This document shows, piece by piece, positions 63,543-64,000 of a DNA stretch of 64,000 bases. Where the stretch lies: the NCBI RefSeq assembly GCF_006345805.1, contig NC_043000.1:38502001-38566000 (forward strand), written 5' to 3'. This DNA is from Octopus sinensis. Lineage: Eukaryota. Below the pieces are notes generated by a model, which did no database searches, was not told where the DNA came from, and was given only the letters and a program-made list of their open reading frames with translations. The position numbers and the translations under genes were made by a program. Every line of letters begins with the position of its first letter. The stretch's first letter is position 1.

Positions 63543-64000
63543 GGCAATAAACTCGCGCGCAGTCGCAGCAGTTGAGTATGGTGCTTGAATCTTGAGCTGA
63601 AGAGAGTAAGAGATAAAGGAGATGGATAGGAAATCACGAAGGCTCTTAACGATGCATGGAGAGCAGCTGATGGCCTAAACAGGACACTGATTGCCCATAC
63701 ATGAAGAGAGTAAATAACAGAAGAGAACTGATAAGTGTGGAAGACTGTGTACATGTCGAACTGGAGAGCTTAATGAGATACCTAGCCCAAAATAAGGAAC
63801 GAGGGAGCACTGAAAGCAGAGAAAAGGGGAAAATGAATGATAAACAACAAAAGGGACATGAAGAATAATTACGCAACTGGGAACTACACAATCAATTCTA
63901 TGTAGCAACAACAGAGTTGCTAGAAAGAATAGGTGGGATTGGTTGAAGAAAGGAAAAACTAACAAAAGAGACCTAGAGCACAATACTGGCAGTGCAAAAC
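63541..64000 (+). mobile_element. Decayed Dong/R4-clade fragment running off the window end
   Basis: AINSRAVAAVEYGA...EIKEMDRKSRRLLTMHG...RELISVEDCV...WDWLKKGKLTKET; starts directly after (AAT)n. Confidence 0.8.

Overview
Eukaryotic, AT-rich, microsatellite-saturated DNA. The repeat content (tRNA-headed SINE families, RTE, Dong/R4, Tx1, Penelope-like and Tc1/mariner elements, dense (TA)n/(CA)n/(ATT)n/(GATA)n) suggests an octopus or other coleoid intron/intergenic region; that is inference, not proof. Nearly all tracked ORFs are microsatellite artefacts. Real coding signal comes from transposons: a near-full-length RTE LINE (~43.6-47.5 kb, minus, two 1-nt frameshifts), two 5'-truncated Tx1/L1-clade copies, at least five coding Dong/R4 fragments inside (TAA)n arrays, a decayed Penelope-like element and several mariner/DD37D relics. 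Weaker evidence points to a minus-strand host gene: a GPS-motif exon at 133-302 plus several candidate exons, some with in-frame stops, suggesting an adhesion-GPCR-like locus. Best leads: minimal hammerhead-ribozyme-like motifs with unusual core variants in short repeats, SINE tails matching the 3' ends of the Tx1 and RTE LINEs in this window, strand-specific (TAA)n targeting by Dong/R4, and several long hairpins. All work was done by eye; repeat boundaries are approximate.
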